Assembly (NCBI GenBank): GCA_964352225.1
Contig: CAYGRM010000004.1
Coordinates: forward strand, 1 to 59,432
DNA length: 59,432 nucleotides
Direction: 5' to 3'
Source: an uncultured Saprospiraceae bacterium
GTDB taxonomy: Bacteria > Bacteroidota > Bacteroidia > Chitinophagales > Saprospiraceae
Under the pieces are notes generated by a model. It saw only the letters and a program-made list of their open reading frames with translations. It ran no database searches and had not been told where the DNA came from. Each line of letters begins with the position of its first letter. The stretch's first letter is position 1. This document shows positions 9,401-16,793 of the stretch, piece after piece. The position numbers were made by a program, and so were the translations under genes.

Positions 9401-10989
9401 CGACTCAAAGTTTTACTATCGAAGAAGATGTATTACCTCCTGTTGCTGTGATTCAAGCATTTACAAGTACGACAATTACATGTACAGAGCCAACATTAGT
9501 ATTTAACGGTGCAGCTTCAAATAATAACGGTAATCCTAATGGTGGAATCTTAACTTATGAGTGGACTCTAAATGGAAATGTAGTTTCGACTGTGACTCCA
9601 GACCAAGTTGAGATTTCAGAACCAGGAGATTTAGTACTTGAAGTAACTAACTCTAATAATGGATGTGTATCAACATTCTTATTACCTGTTGATGTAAATG
9701 ATGATGTACCAATTTGCAATATTCCTACAGCTCCTCAACTTCTTACTTGTATAGTTGATGAAGTGACAATTGTAGCAAATGGTTCTATAGGTCCTGAATA
9801 TACTTACCTATGGACAACAACTAACGGTACAATTGTTAGTGGTGAAACTACTTTAGCTCCAGTAGTGTCAGAAATAGGAATCTATACATTGACTGTAACC
9901 AATACAATTAGTGGTTGTGATCTTTCAATTACAGCAGTAGTATCAGGAGACTTTGATGAGCCTATTGCTTTTGCAAATGCAACTGATCAATTCGACTGTG
10001 TTACAGATGAAGTTACTATAGATGCAACAGGTTCAACTACTGGGCCAACTATAACTTATTCTTGGACAACTGTAACAGGTTTTATCGAAAGTGGTGCAAA
10101 TACTATCAATCCAGTTGTTTCTGCTCCGGGTGAATATACTTTAGAAGTAACAGATAATGGAAATGGATGTATTGGTACAGCGATAGTTAATGTATTAGGT
10201 AATATAGATGTTCCAACTATTGCAGGATTTCAGGTTATTGATCCTAATTGTTTTGGAGAAAATAATGGATCGATTACTTTAGATAATGTAACAGGTGGAG
10301 AGTTACCATACTTATACTCAATTGATGGAGGCGCATTAGTATCGATTAATCAATTTAGTTTCTTACCTGCTGGCCAGTATGACATTTTAGTAGAAGACGC
10401 TAATGGTTGTACTGCTAGTCAAGTTATTACAATTACTGACCCTCAAGAATTGGTAGTAGATCTAGGCGATAATCAAATTATTGGCTTAGGGGATGACTTC
10501 CAATTATCTGCCCAAATTGTAGGAGCATATGATACTATTATATGGTCAACCAACTGTCCAGATTCTGTTTGTGCAAATCAAACTCAATTCTCTATATCTC
10601 CTCTTAATACTGTTTCTTATAATGTAACAGTAGTTGATGGAAATGGATGTATTACTACTGACCAGATCACAATTAATGTTGAGAAAGGAAGAGAAGTATA
10701 TATTCCGAATGCCTTTTCTCCAAATGATGATGGTTACAATGATCGATTCTGGGTTTATCCTGATGGAGAAGTTGCTAAAATTCATGAGTTCAGAGTATTC
10801 AATAGATGGGGAGAGCAAGTGTTTGGAGTTTCTGATTATGATCCTTTTATTCAGGATAATACAAATGGATGGGATGGAACTCTAGACAATAAGAAAATGA
10901 ATTCTGCAGTATTTGTTTACTATGTTGATGTTGAATTTATCGATGGAAGAAGAGAAGTGCTTAAAGGAAGCGTTGCTCTTAAACGTTAA
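3436..10989 (+). CDS. giant secreted multi-Ig-like-repeat adhesin-like protein with T9SS type-B (gliding-motility-associated) C-terminal sorting domain
   Basis: 2517 aa from ATG 3436 (signal peptide MRKQILLAFFFSLTYLGLNAQ). The ORF-track start at 3403 adds 11 residues. Cys-rich N-terminal domain. About 25 tandem modules of roughly 80 aa with the pattern DC..LDGS.S....Y.W.....G.YTL.VTN..NGC. One SprB-type repeat at 10237-10419. The CTD reads VYIPNAFSPNDDGYNDRF...FNRWGEQVF...GWDG (10681-10986). Confidence 0.9.
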   Translation: MRKQILLAFFFSLTYLGLNAQCNLPFPPALTCSSAPVICGSELDGYCTSLGGFNATDSPSTSCFVVNNNQWFAFVAGSVNINLDFIVGTCTFDPNAGLTGFQAQVFTGCGAPWTTVPGCLNQVSPNTTQTLAMTGLTVGNVYYLMTDGVAGVLCDYSIQVTSGSTTAPIPDPAGAISGDPVFCQGASSVTYCVPPSFGAAFYDWTIPAGAAIVGADNGECITIDFSGYIGGIGSSGTISVTPTNACESGDPSSLTVTSGPPPTSPDELFILCPGESATYGNTVYSTATNGTPFINTDIANAQGCLIETLVYVEIGTIETTNLAEAICQGDVSSTGETLAGTYVYNLLTNYYECDSTVTIDLTVLDPQTGVFPVTDEIDCSGTPVTVSAIQLNTDPTISYIWSGPCFTQSFPQDPNISVSCGGVYTVYAEQTVAGVTCVSPTFSVTVIENITPPIADPGQLIAIDCNTNSATLGGPNMSSGSNFVYSWTGPNGYTSSQQNPVVTEGGEYCVFVINSTTFCQSTIECVTVTGNSTSLIATASNSNDLSCLISFSILDASGSSSGGNISYTWDGPGGPYSGSNPSVSQQGTYTLTVMDNVTGCTSTAQTIVGGDFNTPTASIITPADIDCNNPTVSLDGSGSSSGVTYLWSTGETTAIATTNMGAGTYTLTVTNISNGCTDEASVLVNDNSSIVTADVDVQGVLDCDNNLVTLSAINVIGSSNPTYSWSNGMSGQTIMVGTAGSITLTVTDAITGCSVDIMANVASGTNAPTAIAGVSGELNCNNTSVVLSSAGSSTGVNITASWSTANPNNVTTPGTYTLTITDNDNGCTATADVDVIQDITAPVAAIVTPIAIDCNNTSIVLDGGTSTGTNLSYSWTPGGGTGSTLNAVVAGTYTLTVTNMDNGCTDTEEVIVVDNTTTVSVTASVSNELTCTQTTATLDVSGGSGSSNPTYTWTGPETGNGSTISVSTPGIYTLTLVDSNTGCQGSTTITVLQDDSGPTASVAPANNLTCNVSSVTLDGSASSTGNNISYQWFINGTTSVGGNAAIIDVTVAGDYTLLVTDNNNGCDITSSVVTVILDDATPTASAIAGNNGLLSCSISSLALDGSSSTGNCLSYEWLSNGNVVGTASIYDATNAGDYILVVTNCDNGCTDQTIVNVVADAGLPTATIDPVVNLDCNNPTSTLQGTGLSNTGGTVSVEWFYEGTTLNVTDLDYTTSVAGEYTFMVTDNGNGCSSSVTVQLSENIDPPFIDIATAPIIDCANTMVTVNATNSASGVNISYQWQDAGGVDLPGNETANTLMTDIAGDYILLVTNTENGCTATQLVNVPENIESPVFAASALNNIDCNNIEASLESNIISSFSTDLTYQWLLNGNNVGDQSTLLTSNDGDYFLIVSDNQNGCSSQVGVTVLNTTQDPTIAASSSGNSALDCITTETTLDGTGSDTGANFNYAWTLDTDPTNVLGTDLLYTTMDPGTYILTVINMDNGCVSTETVTITQSIAQPTSVAISNTATLTCTDPTITLDGTSSSIGANFSYQWYEVIGGTSTEIVGADMISYDIVVEGTYELLVTNSDNGCTAISDQIVIDQSSDVPVAIISSDGILTCDNGMVIVDGLSSTAGGTLTYEWVDVATGDILGTDPTLEVSTSIELGLNIQDLNDGCTSTTSFFIDEDIEDPSANAGLAQTLFCGDIEVTLDGSASSANGDPITYAWADPMGNPGGSTAAIGASTPGSWTLTITNTDNGCTSTSTVEVDQDTNVPVLSMVPSAAGLNCDIQTITYDATGSSVSTGNLIYQWTDVVSGTVLGNTASIDISNTNEIILTITDDGNGCSTTQSYIATQDIEQPTANAGFPQTLFCGDTEVTLDGSASGAGGAAFTYNWTDPIGNPGGTTAQVAATIIGSWELLITNTVNGCTSIETVEVDQNIAAPTAVVDFAGMLTCDINEITVDGSASTTAGGSVLQYEWQGGATTSTASFDAPGTYTLIITDVLSNCTATQSFTIEEDVLPPVAVIQAFTSTTITCTEPTLVFNGAASNNNGNPNGGILTYEWTLNGNVVSTVTPDQVEISEPGDLVLEVTNSNNGCVSTFLLPVDVNDDVPICNIPTAPQLLTCIVDEVTIVANGSIGPEYTYLWTTTNGTIVSGETTLAPVVSEIGIYTLTVTNTISGCDLSITAVVSGDFDEPIAFANATDQFDCVTDEVTIDATGSTTGPTITYSWTTVTGFIESGANTINPVVSAPGEYTLEVTDNGNGCIGTAIVNVLGNIDVPTIAGFQVIDPNCFGENNGSITLDNVTGGELPYLYSIDGGALVSINQFSFLPAGQYDILVEDANGCTASQVITITDPQELVVDLGDNQIIGLGDDFQLSAQIVGAYDTIIWSTNCPDSVCANQTQFSISPLNTVSYNVTVVDGNGCITTDQITINVEKGREVYIPNAFSPNDDGYNDRFWVYPDGEVAKIHEFRVFNRWGEQVFGVSDYDPFIQDNTNGWDGTLDNKKMNSAVFVYYVDVEFIDGRREVLKGSVALKR
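4555..10200 (+). repeat. coding tandem array of about 240-bp (80-aa) Ig-like modules inside the adhesin gene
   Basis: The NGC(T/S) and (L/V)DGS.S signatures recur about 25 times. The two-module units at about 8431-8937 and 8938-9420 are clearly more alike than the others. Confidence 0.8.
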
Positions 10990-11013
10990 TTTTAAATTTT
11001 TATTAATAAAAAA

Positions 11014-11047
11014 GGCAGGTTGGATTCGTCCAATCTGCCTTTTCTTT
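11014..11047 (+). terminator. rho-independent terminator of the adhesin gene
   Basis: ggcaggttgga-ttcg-tccaatctgcc followed by ttttcttt, 25 nt after the stop codon. Confidence 0.75.
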
Positions 11048-11291
11048 AAAATGATCGACTCTGGATTTCCCTAACAAATGAAGTAATTAAAACCTCCTTA
11101 GATGGAAAAGGAAAAAAAACACAAAATGAGGTAAATAAATTGAGAGACAGTATAATTAAATATCTGAATGGCAAAAGGGAAAATCCTTTTAAAATTAACA
11201 GTCAAACCATAGGGTTTAAAAACCCTCTCATACGGATTCCGTAAGAACGGAAACAAAGACGGTGAAAAGAGTAATATTTAAAGATGGTAAC

Positions 11292-11381
11292 ATGAGAGGG
11301 TGTGACCATTGCGGAAACCAATTTTTGGTAGCACCAAAACACAAAAGGTTTTGTTGTGAGCAATGCAGAAAGGAAAATTGA
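11292..11381 (+). CDS. possible 29-aa zinc-ribbon mini-ORF (MRGCDHCGNQFLVAPKHKRFCCEQCRKEN)
   Basis: ATG to TGA with a CxxC...CxxC arrangement. It lies in an otherwise ORF-free 470-bp stretch next to the 3' end of tRNA-Gln. It is below the ORF-track cutoff and may be a remnant. Confidence 0.2.
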   Translation: MRGCDHCGNQFLVAPKHKRFCCEQCRKEN

Positions 11382-11478
11382 AAAGAAAAAAATGGGCGTG
11401 ACCCAATGATGAGAAAAAGAAAGTAATTAAAAGGTAATCACTACCGATTGGTAGTATATATGGCAGTAGAAAAACAAA

Positions 11479-11510
11479 AACCCTCATAAACATTACGTTT
11501 ATAAAGGTTT
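11479..11510 (-). terminator. terminator hairpin downstream of tRNA-Gln
   Basis: On the minus strand: aaacctttataaac-loop-gtttatgagggttt followed by tttttgttttt. Confidence 0.55.
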
Positions 11511-11514
11511 CTTG

Positions 11515-11585
11515 TTGACCCACTAGGACTCGAACCTAGAATGACGATACCAAAAACCGTAGTGTTACCATTACACCATGGGTCA
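11515..11585 (-). tRNA. tRNA-Gln (anticodon UUG)
   Basis: Hand-folded cloverleaf. Acceptor TGACCCA/TGGGTCA, D stem GTGT/ACAC, anticodon stem ACGGT/ATCGT with loop TTTTGGT (anticodon TTG), T arm CTAGG-TTCGAGT-CCTAG, discriminator A. CCA is not encoded. Confidence 0.9.
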
Positions 11586-11667
11586 TGCTTTTAGAAAGCG
11601 ACGCAAATTTAAGACATTTTTATCATTTAGTAAAGTTCTTTGAAAATATTTTTCCAAAAACTTACGA

Positions 11668-12510
11668 TTAAATCGCTTTGGGGATTTGCTTAAAGTAGTG
11701 CTCAAAAAAATCGTCATCATTCAATATATCATATAAAAAATCGTGATACTCTGGAAATTGCGGTAGATTATTATGATGAGCCTTTTCTATCGAAAATAGA
11801 TGACTTCGCTTCGGAACGATTTTTTGTAATTTTTCACTATTACTGAATGGTATCAAGTGATCTTTTTTTCCGTGTAGAAAGAAAATAGGGCAAGTTACTT
11901 TTTTGATAAAATAGTCCGTTCGGATTTGATATTTGAGTAACCAATGGATCGGCAGTAAAAATCCATATCGTTTTATTTGTGCTAAAAAGCTAAGATAAGG
12001 CGAATCTAGAATCAACATCTTAGGGTCATTCCACGAGGCAATTCGAGTAGCAATTCCACTTCCCAATGAGCGACCGTAAATGATAATTTTGTCTTCATCA
12101 TACTGAGTGGTCAGCCATTTGTACACATGCTGTCCATCATTGTACAAAATAGATTCCGTGCGCTTGCCGGAGCTTTTCCCAAATCCTCGGTAATCCACCA
12201 TAAAAAAATCATAGCCTTTGCTGACAAAATCTCGGGCAAATTTCCCCCAACCTTTGATGCTCCGCGAGTTGCCTTTGAAATAATAAATGACTCCTTTTGA
12301 ATTAGGAACTTTAAAATGAATCCCATTGATAAAACCGCCATCTTCCATCTCAAAGTTGACTTCTTCGAATGGAAAAACATACTGGTAAGTAAAATGTCGA
12401 GGTAAAATTTCAGGTCGAAAAAAAAAGTAGTCTTGCAAAAAATAGAAAATGAGGCATAGCAATAGGTATGCGCCGCTGAGGTATAAAAGAATGTTAAACC
12501 AGTCAGTCAT
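11668..12510 (-). CDS. alpha/beta-fold hydrolase with N-terminal membrane anchor
   Basis: 280 aa. N-terminal TM helix, nucleophile elbow GRSLG, and downstream D and H (HHNNL) consistent with a Ser-Asp-His triad. Confidence 0.75.
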   Translation of the reverse strand: MTDWFNILLYLSGAYLLLCLIFYFLQDYFFFRPEILPRHFTYQYVFPFEEVNFEMEDGGFINGIHFKVPNSKGVIYYFKGNSRSIKGWGKFARDFVSKGYDFFMVDYRGFGKSSGKRTESILYNDGQHVYKWLTTQYDEDKIIIYGRSLGSGIATRIASWNDPKMLILDSPYLSFLAQIKRYGFLLPIHWLLKYQIRTDYFIKKVTCPIFFLHGKKDHLIPFSNSEKLQKIVPKRSHLFSIEKAHHNNLPQFPEYHDFLYDILNDDDFFEHYFKQIPKAI

Positions 12511-12530
12511 TTTCGTTTGTTATTTTTTTT

Positions 12531-12617
12531 GCCCCTGACTTTTTATGACTTATTATGACTGTTCACAGACTTGAACATTCTCAGCGAAAAGTCATATAAG
12601 TCATAAAAGTCAGCGGC
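12531..12617. repeat. 87-bp palindromic element (copy 1) acting as hpt terminator
   Basis: gcccctgactttttatgacttattatgactgttcacag ... ctcagcgaaaagtcatataagtcataaaagtcagcggc. The arms are nearly perfectly complementary. T-run on the left, A-run on the right. Confidence 0.85.
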
Positions 12618-12622
12618 AAAAT

Positions 12623-13165
12623 TTATTTCAGTTGGTAAATCCCCCGCAAGTTTCTAGCTAATTCATTGTAATCCAATCCATATCCAATCACAAATTTATT
12701 GGGAATTTCAAAACCAATATAATCAATTGGAAACTCATATTTGATCGCATCAGGTTTTAATAAAAAAGTAGCGAAGGTTACCGAAGCAGGATTCATCTTT
12801 CTCAAGGTAGGCAAAAACTCATGCATCGTTTTTCCAGTATCAATAATATCTTCGACAACGATGACGTGACGATTTTCGACATCAGAAGTTAGCCCAATTA
12901 CTGTTGCCACTTCACCCGTTGATTCCAAACCTGAATAAGAGGAAAGTTTGATAAAAGAAACTTCACATGGCGCTCCAAATGCTCTGGTCAAATCTGCGAT
13001 AAAAATAAAAGCACCATTGAGCACGCCTAAAAAAATAGGATTTTTGTCGTGATATTTTTCATACAATTCTTTTCCCATTTCATCGACTCGTGCTAATACT
13101 TTTTTTTCTGAAAACATGAGCTCGAAGGTAAGGTCGTGGGCTTTTACTATTTGTGGTTCTGTCAT
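12623..13165 (-). CDS. hpt: hypoxanthine(-guanine) phosphoribosyltransferase
   Basis: 180 aa. PRPP-binding motif VVVEDIIDTGKT. Typical Hpt length and layout. Confidence 0.9.
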   Translation of the reverse strand: MTEPQIVKAHDLTFELMFSEKKVLARVDEMGKELYEKYHDKNPIFLGVLNGAFIFIADLTRAFGAPCEVSFIKLSSYSGLESTGEVATVIGLTSDVENRHVIVVEDIIDTGKTMHEFLPTLRKMNPASVTFATFLLKPDAIKYEFPIDYIGFEIPNKFVIGYGLDYNELARNLRGIYQLK

Positions 13166-13185
13166 TTTTTACTTTTTATTTTTTT

Positions 13186-13279
13186 GCCACGGACTTTTTA
13201 TGACTTTGATTATGACTTTTCACAGACTTGAATTTTATCAGCGAAAAGTCTTAAAAAAAAGTCATAAAAAGTCAGCGGC
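13186..13279. repeat. 94-bp palindromic element (copy 2, same family and orientation as 12531-12617)
   Basis: gccacggactttttatgactttgattatgacttttcacagacttgaa...tcagcgaaaagtc...gtcataaaaagtcagcggc. It fills the gap between the peptidase stop and the hpt start. Confidence 0.85.
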
Positions 13280-13285
13280 AAAAAA

Positions 13286-14686
13286 CTACAATCCATATTT
13301 ATCAATCAAATACAACAAGCTCACAATACTCGCCGCACCTAATTCCAATTCTCTTTTATTCACCGCATCGATGGTATCAATTGCCGTATGATGATAATCA
13401 AAATACCGTTGCGAATCAGGACGAAACCCAATCAGTATTCCTTTTTGACTTTTGAGCGGAGTAATATCTGCTCCTGATCCACCGGTAGTAAATCCTAATC
13501 CGTAGGGTTCCAACAAAGGTAACCATTCTGTCATCTTTTTAAATTTTGGCTTAAAGACATCTTCGTGAGCCGTTGATGAAAAACCTCTAGGTGTAAATCC
13601 ACCAGCATCTGATTCGATAGCAGCAAGATGGTATTCTCCTTTTTTGTTGGAAGCTTCTGCGTAAGCTTTTCCTCCTGCCAATCCATTTTCTTCATTCATA
13701 AAGAGAACACATCGAATCGTTCTTTTTGGTTGGTAATTCAATCTTTTTAAAATTTGTAAAACATCCATCGAATGTACACAACCCGCTCCATCATCATGAG
13801 CACCACTTCCTACATCCCACGAATCCAAATGACCTCCGACTAAAATAATTTCATCAGGTTTTTCCGTTCCTCGAATTTCACCAATCACATTATAGGATAA
13901 TTTATCTGCCAACATCTCACAAGTCGTTCTGATATAAACATGTGTTTTTTCTTTTTTTAAAACTCGACTCAACACTTCTGCATCATTGGTAGAGATTGCC
14001 ACCGCAGGTATTTTTTTAATTCCTTTTTTGTAACCCAAAGCTCCCGTGTGCGGAATGTCATCCAATCTCGTAGTCATGGATCGAACCAAAACTCCAACTG
14101 CTCCATATTCCGCAGCCTTGGATGGACCACTTCCTCTTTGATCAACTGCACCTCCGTAAGCATTGAATGTTCGCAGTTGAGTTGGATCCATTGGACGATT
14201 ATAAAAAACAATTTTCCCTTTAATTTTTGCTTCGCCTAATTTTTCTACCTCATCTAGACTTTTCACTTCGATCACTTCTGCGGTAATTCCCTCCTTTCCA
14301 GTTCCGATAGAATTACCCAAAGCCAAAGCATTTAAATCCATCGATCCAATGACCCCAGAATTTACAATTCTGACTTGCTCTTTTTCTCCACGCACCCAAT
14401 GCGGAACCATGACTGGCTGCAACCAGACAGAATCTAGGTTTAATGTATCCAACATTTGCTTAGTATATTCCACCGCTGCTGCGGCTTGTGGAGAGCCAGC
14501 CAAACGACCTCCAATTTTAGTCGTTAGATGGGTCAACCATGGATAGCATTGTCCTTTAGTCAAAGCTGTATCATAGATTTTTTTTATGAAAAAAGCATCT
14601 TCATCCCCTTCTACAGGGCTCTGAGCGAAATTCTCATTTTGAAAAAAAAATAAAAAAAGAAGAATTAGAAAAAATATTTTTCTCAT
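13286..14686 (-). CDS. M28-family secreted aminopeptidase with PA-like insert
   Basis: 466 aa. Signal peptide. Zinc-ligand region GGHLDSWDVGSGAHDDGAGC, and FMNEENGLAGG. Confidence 0.85.
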   Translation of the reverse strand: MRKIFFLILLFLFFFQNENFAQSPVEGDEDAFFIKKIYDTALTKGQCYPWLTHLTTKIGGRLAGSPQAAAAVEYTKQMLDTLNLDSVWLQPVMVPHWVRGEKEQVRIVNSGVIGSMDLNALALGNSIGTGKEGITAEVIEVKSLDEVEKLGEAKIKGKIVFYNRPMDPTQLRTFNAYGGAVDQRGSGPSKAAEYGAVGVLVRSMTTRLDDIPHTGALGYKKGIKKIPAVAISTNDAEVLSRVLKKEKTHVYIRTTCEMLADKLSYNVIGEIRGTEKPDEIILVGGHLDSWDVGSGAHDDGAGCVHSMDVLQILKRLNYQPKRTIRCVLFMNEENGLAGGKAYAEASNKKGEYHLAAIESDAGGFTPRGFSSTAHEDVFKPKFKKMTEWLPLLEPYGLGFTTGGSGADITPLKSQKGILIGFRPDSQRYFDYHHTAIDTIDAVNKRELELGAASIVSLLYLIDKYGL

Positions 14687-14851
14687 AGAAATGATGTTTT
14701 GAAAAAATTTGCGGTTTTTTTGAAAAAGTTTGAAGGGCTAAAAATATTTAAAAAACAAGATAAATTAGCGAAAACCCTTATAAATTAAAGTATTCCGTAT
14801 TCCCATCATGTTTAAAAAATAGAAATTAGAGGTTAATTTCTAAGGATTCAT

Positions 14852-14859
14852 TACATTTG
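14852..14859 (+). promoter_or_regulatory. candidate Bacteroidota -7 box (TAcaTTTG)
   Basis: Matches TAnnTTTG about 130 nt upstream of the sigma-factor start. Confidence 0.3.
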
Positions 14860-14992
14860 CTATGATAAAAATGTGTCTTTTCAACTTTAACGTCGTCTTA
14901 ACAACATCGACAGAAAAGACTGTTTGAAAATTTATTTTGAAAAACTGTTCTTTTAATAGTTTTTCGACCCACAACAAATATTTCAATACCCA

Positions 14993-15565
14993 TTGGCAAC
15001 ACCAGGGAAAACAAAATTGGAAGACTTTGAATTAGTCGAGTTGTTTATTAAAACACAACGACCTGACTATTTTAGTATACTTTACCAGAGGTATTCGAGT
15101 AAGGTATATAGCAAGTGTATTTTCATGTTGAAAAACGATGCACGAGCCAAAGACGCAACCCAAGAGATTTTTACAAAAATCTTCCTGAACCTCTCGAAGT
15201 TTAGTGGACGGTCTAAATTTTCGACATGGGTTTATTCAATCACATATAATTTTTGTATCGATACCATTCGAAAAAGGAAAAAAGAAAAAAATCTTTTTTC
15301 TGAAGAAGTTGACGATGCTCCAGACATCATCGAAGAAGTAGAAGATGCTGCTTTATTAGAGATGGAGGTTACTCGACTTAAAAAAGTATTGGAAGAAATT
15401 CCACCAGGTGATCGAGCTGTACTATTAATGAAATACCAAGATGAGCTCTCTATCAAAGAGATCGCAGAAGTCCTAAACAAAACGGAAAGTGCCATAAAGA
15501 TGAAAATCAAACGAGCTAAGCACAAAGCACAAAAAGTGTACAGGGATATTTTTCCCAACAAATGA
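14993..15565 (+). CDS. ECF-type RNA polymerase sigma-70 family factor (TTG start)
   Basis: 190 aa. Region 2 (..YQRYSSKVYSKC..ATQEIFTKIF) and region 4 (DRAVLLMKYQDELSIKEIAEVLNKTESAIKMKIKRAK). There is no in-frame ATG upstream. Confidence 0.85.
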   Translation: MATPGKTKLEDFELVELFIKTQRPDYFSILYQRYSSKVYSKCIFMLKNDARAKDATQEIFTKIFLNLSKFSGRSKFSTWVYSITYNFCIDTIRKRKKEKNLFSEEVDDAPDIIEEVEDAALLEMEVTRLKKVLEEIPPGDRAVLLMKYQDELSIKEIAEVLNKTESAIKMKIKRAKHKAQKVYRDIFPNK

Positions 15566-15580
15566 GTAAAGCTTTATGTC

Positions 15581-15820
15581 ATGAATAATTTTAAAAAACT
15601 AAGCGAAGAAAACGAGGATCGATTTCCTGGTTTCTTCGAAGAAAAAAAGGTCTCCTCTAATTATTTTTTTCTTAGGCATGTAGGTAATGTAGTTGATCAT
15701 TTTCTAGGAAGGGCGATGGATATGTTCATCTCTTTTTCAGGTGGGTCTAAGGCTGGCCCCAAAGCGCCACCTGATCAAATAAATGATCCTTATGAAGATG
15801 TACCTCCGATGCGACATTAA
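15581..15820 (+). CDS. hypothetical small protein downstream of the sigma factor
   Basis: 79 aa, starting 15 nt after the sigma gene. No TM helix or zinc-finger anti-sigma signature is visible. Confidence 0.4.
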   Translation: MNNFKKLSEENEDRFPGFFEEKKVSSNYFFLRHVGNVVDHFLGRAMDMFISFSGGSKAGPKAPPDQINDPYEDVPPMRH

Positions 15821-15895
15821 AAAATTAAGACAAAAAACACAAAACCTAAATAAACAATCTACATTTTTTTTTGTACCTGATATAACTCCCAATTA

Positions 15896-16732
15896 ATGAG
15901 AATACTTTTATTTCAAAACAGTTTACTTGAAGGTAGTAGTAATTTTGATAAATTAATTGCTGACTTTTTCTCGGTCATTCCTCGAGTCGGTTCAGCTCTT
16001 TTAATTTTTATCATTGGATATTTTATTGCTAAAATTGTTGCAACCATTATCAAACGAGCATTAAAGGCTGTTGGGGTTGATAAACTTGGAGACAAGCTAA
16101 ATGCAATAGACATTGTACAAGACAATGATATAGAAATCGTTCCTAGTACTATTTTTTCCAAAGTCTTTTATTATATCATTTTACTTTTAGTTACGGTATT
16201 GGCAACTGATGTATTGCAGGTAGAAGCAGTTTCTAAATTGATGAGTGATTTGGTGGCTTATATGCCTAATGTTTTGGTAGCAATAATTTTATTAGGTATT
16301 GGACTTTTGGTTGCTGATGCAATAAAAGGAGTAGTTCAATCTGCTTGCGAATCATTCAATATTCCATCTGCAAAGATGATTGGAAATGTTGTTTTCTTTT
16401 TGATTTTAATTGTAGTGTTGGTGAGTGCTTTGAGTCAATTGGGAATCGAAACAGATTTTATGATTTCGGTCATCACCATTATTTTAGGAGGCATTGTTTT
16501 AGCTTTTTCGTTGGGGTATGGTTTAGCTTCAAAAGGAACCATGGCTAACTTTTTAGCTTCTCGACAAAATGATAATAAATTCAAAATCGGTGATACTATT
16601 TCTATCGATGGAACCAAAGGTGTAATTCTAGATATAGACCAATCAGCCGTGACTTTAAAAACAGAGCATAGTAAGATTATTATTCCATTATATAAATTTG
16701 CTTCTGAGCAAGTTGAAGTCTTTACGGACTAA
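15896..16732 (+). CDS. mechanosensitive-channel-related membrane protein (conserved TM-helix repeats plus small beta domain)
   Basis: 278 aa with several TM helices. The C-terminal KIGDTISIDGTKGVILDID..VTLKT resembles the MscS beta domain. Confidence 0.55.
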   Translation: MRILLFQNSLLEGSSNFDKLIADFFSVIPRVGSALLIFIIGYFIAKIVATIIKRALKAVGVDKLGDKLNAIDIVQDNDIEIVPSTIFSKVFYYIILLLVTVLATDVLQVEAVSKLMSDLVAYMPNVLVAIILLGIGLLVADAIKGVVQSACESFNIPSAKMIGNVVFFLILIVVLVSALSQLGIETDFMISVITIILGGIVLAFSLGYGLASKGTMANFLASRQNDNKFKIGDTISIDGTKGVILDIDQSAVTLKTEHSKIIIPLYKFASEQVEVFTD

Positions 16733-16793
16733 AAACAATTTAAATTTCAGAAAACTTTATTATACTTTTTATAAAAACAAATAACATTTAAAA

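Noticed and set aside
4555-10200. Possible CRISPR or non-coding tandem repeat because of strong periodicity
   Set aside because: The periodicity is about 240 bp. It lies in one continuous reading frame and encodes Ig-like modules. There are no short direct repeats with unique spacers anywhere in the window.
11399-11405. tgaccca copy of the tRNA-Gln 3' end as a possible att site
   Set aside because: It matches over only 7-8 nt, which is too short to distinguish from chance. No integrase gene is present.
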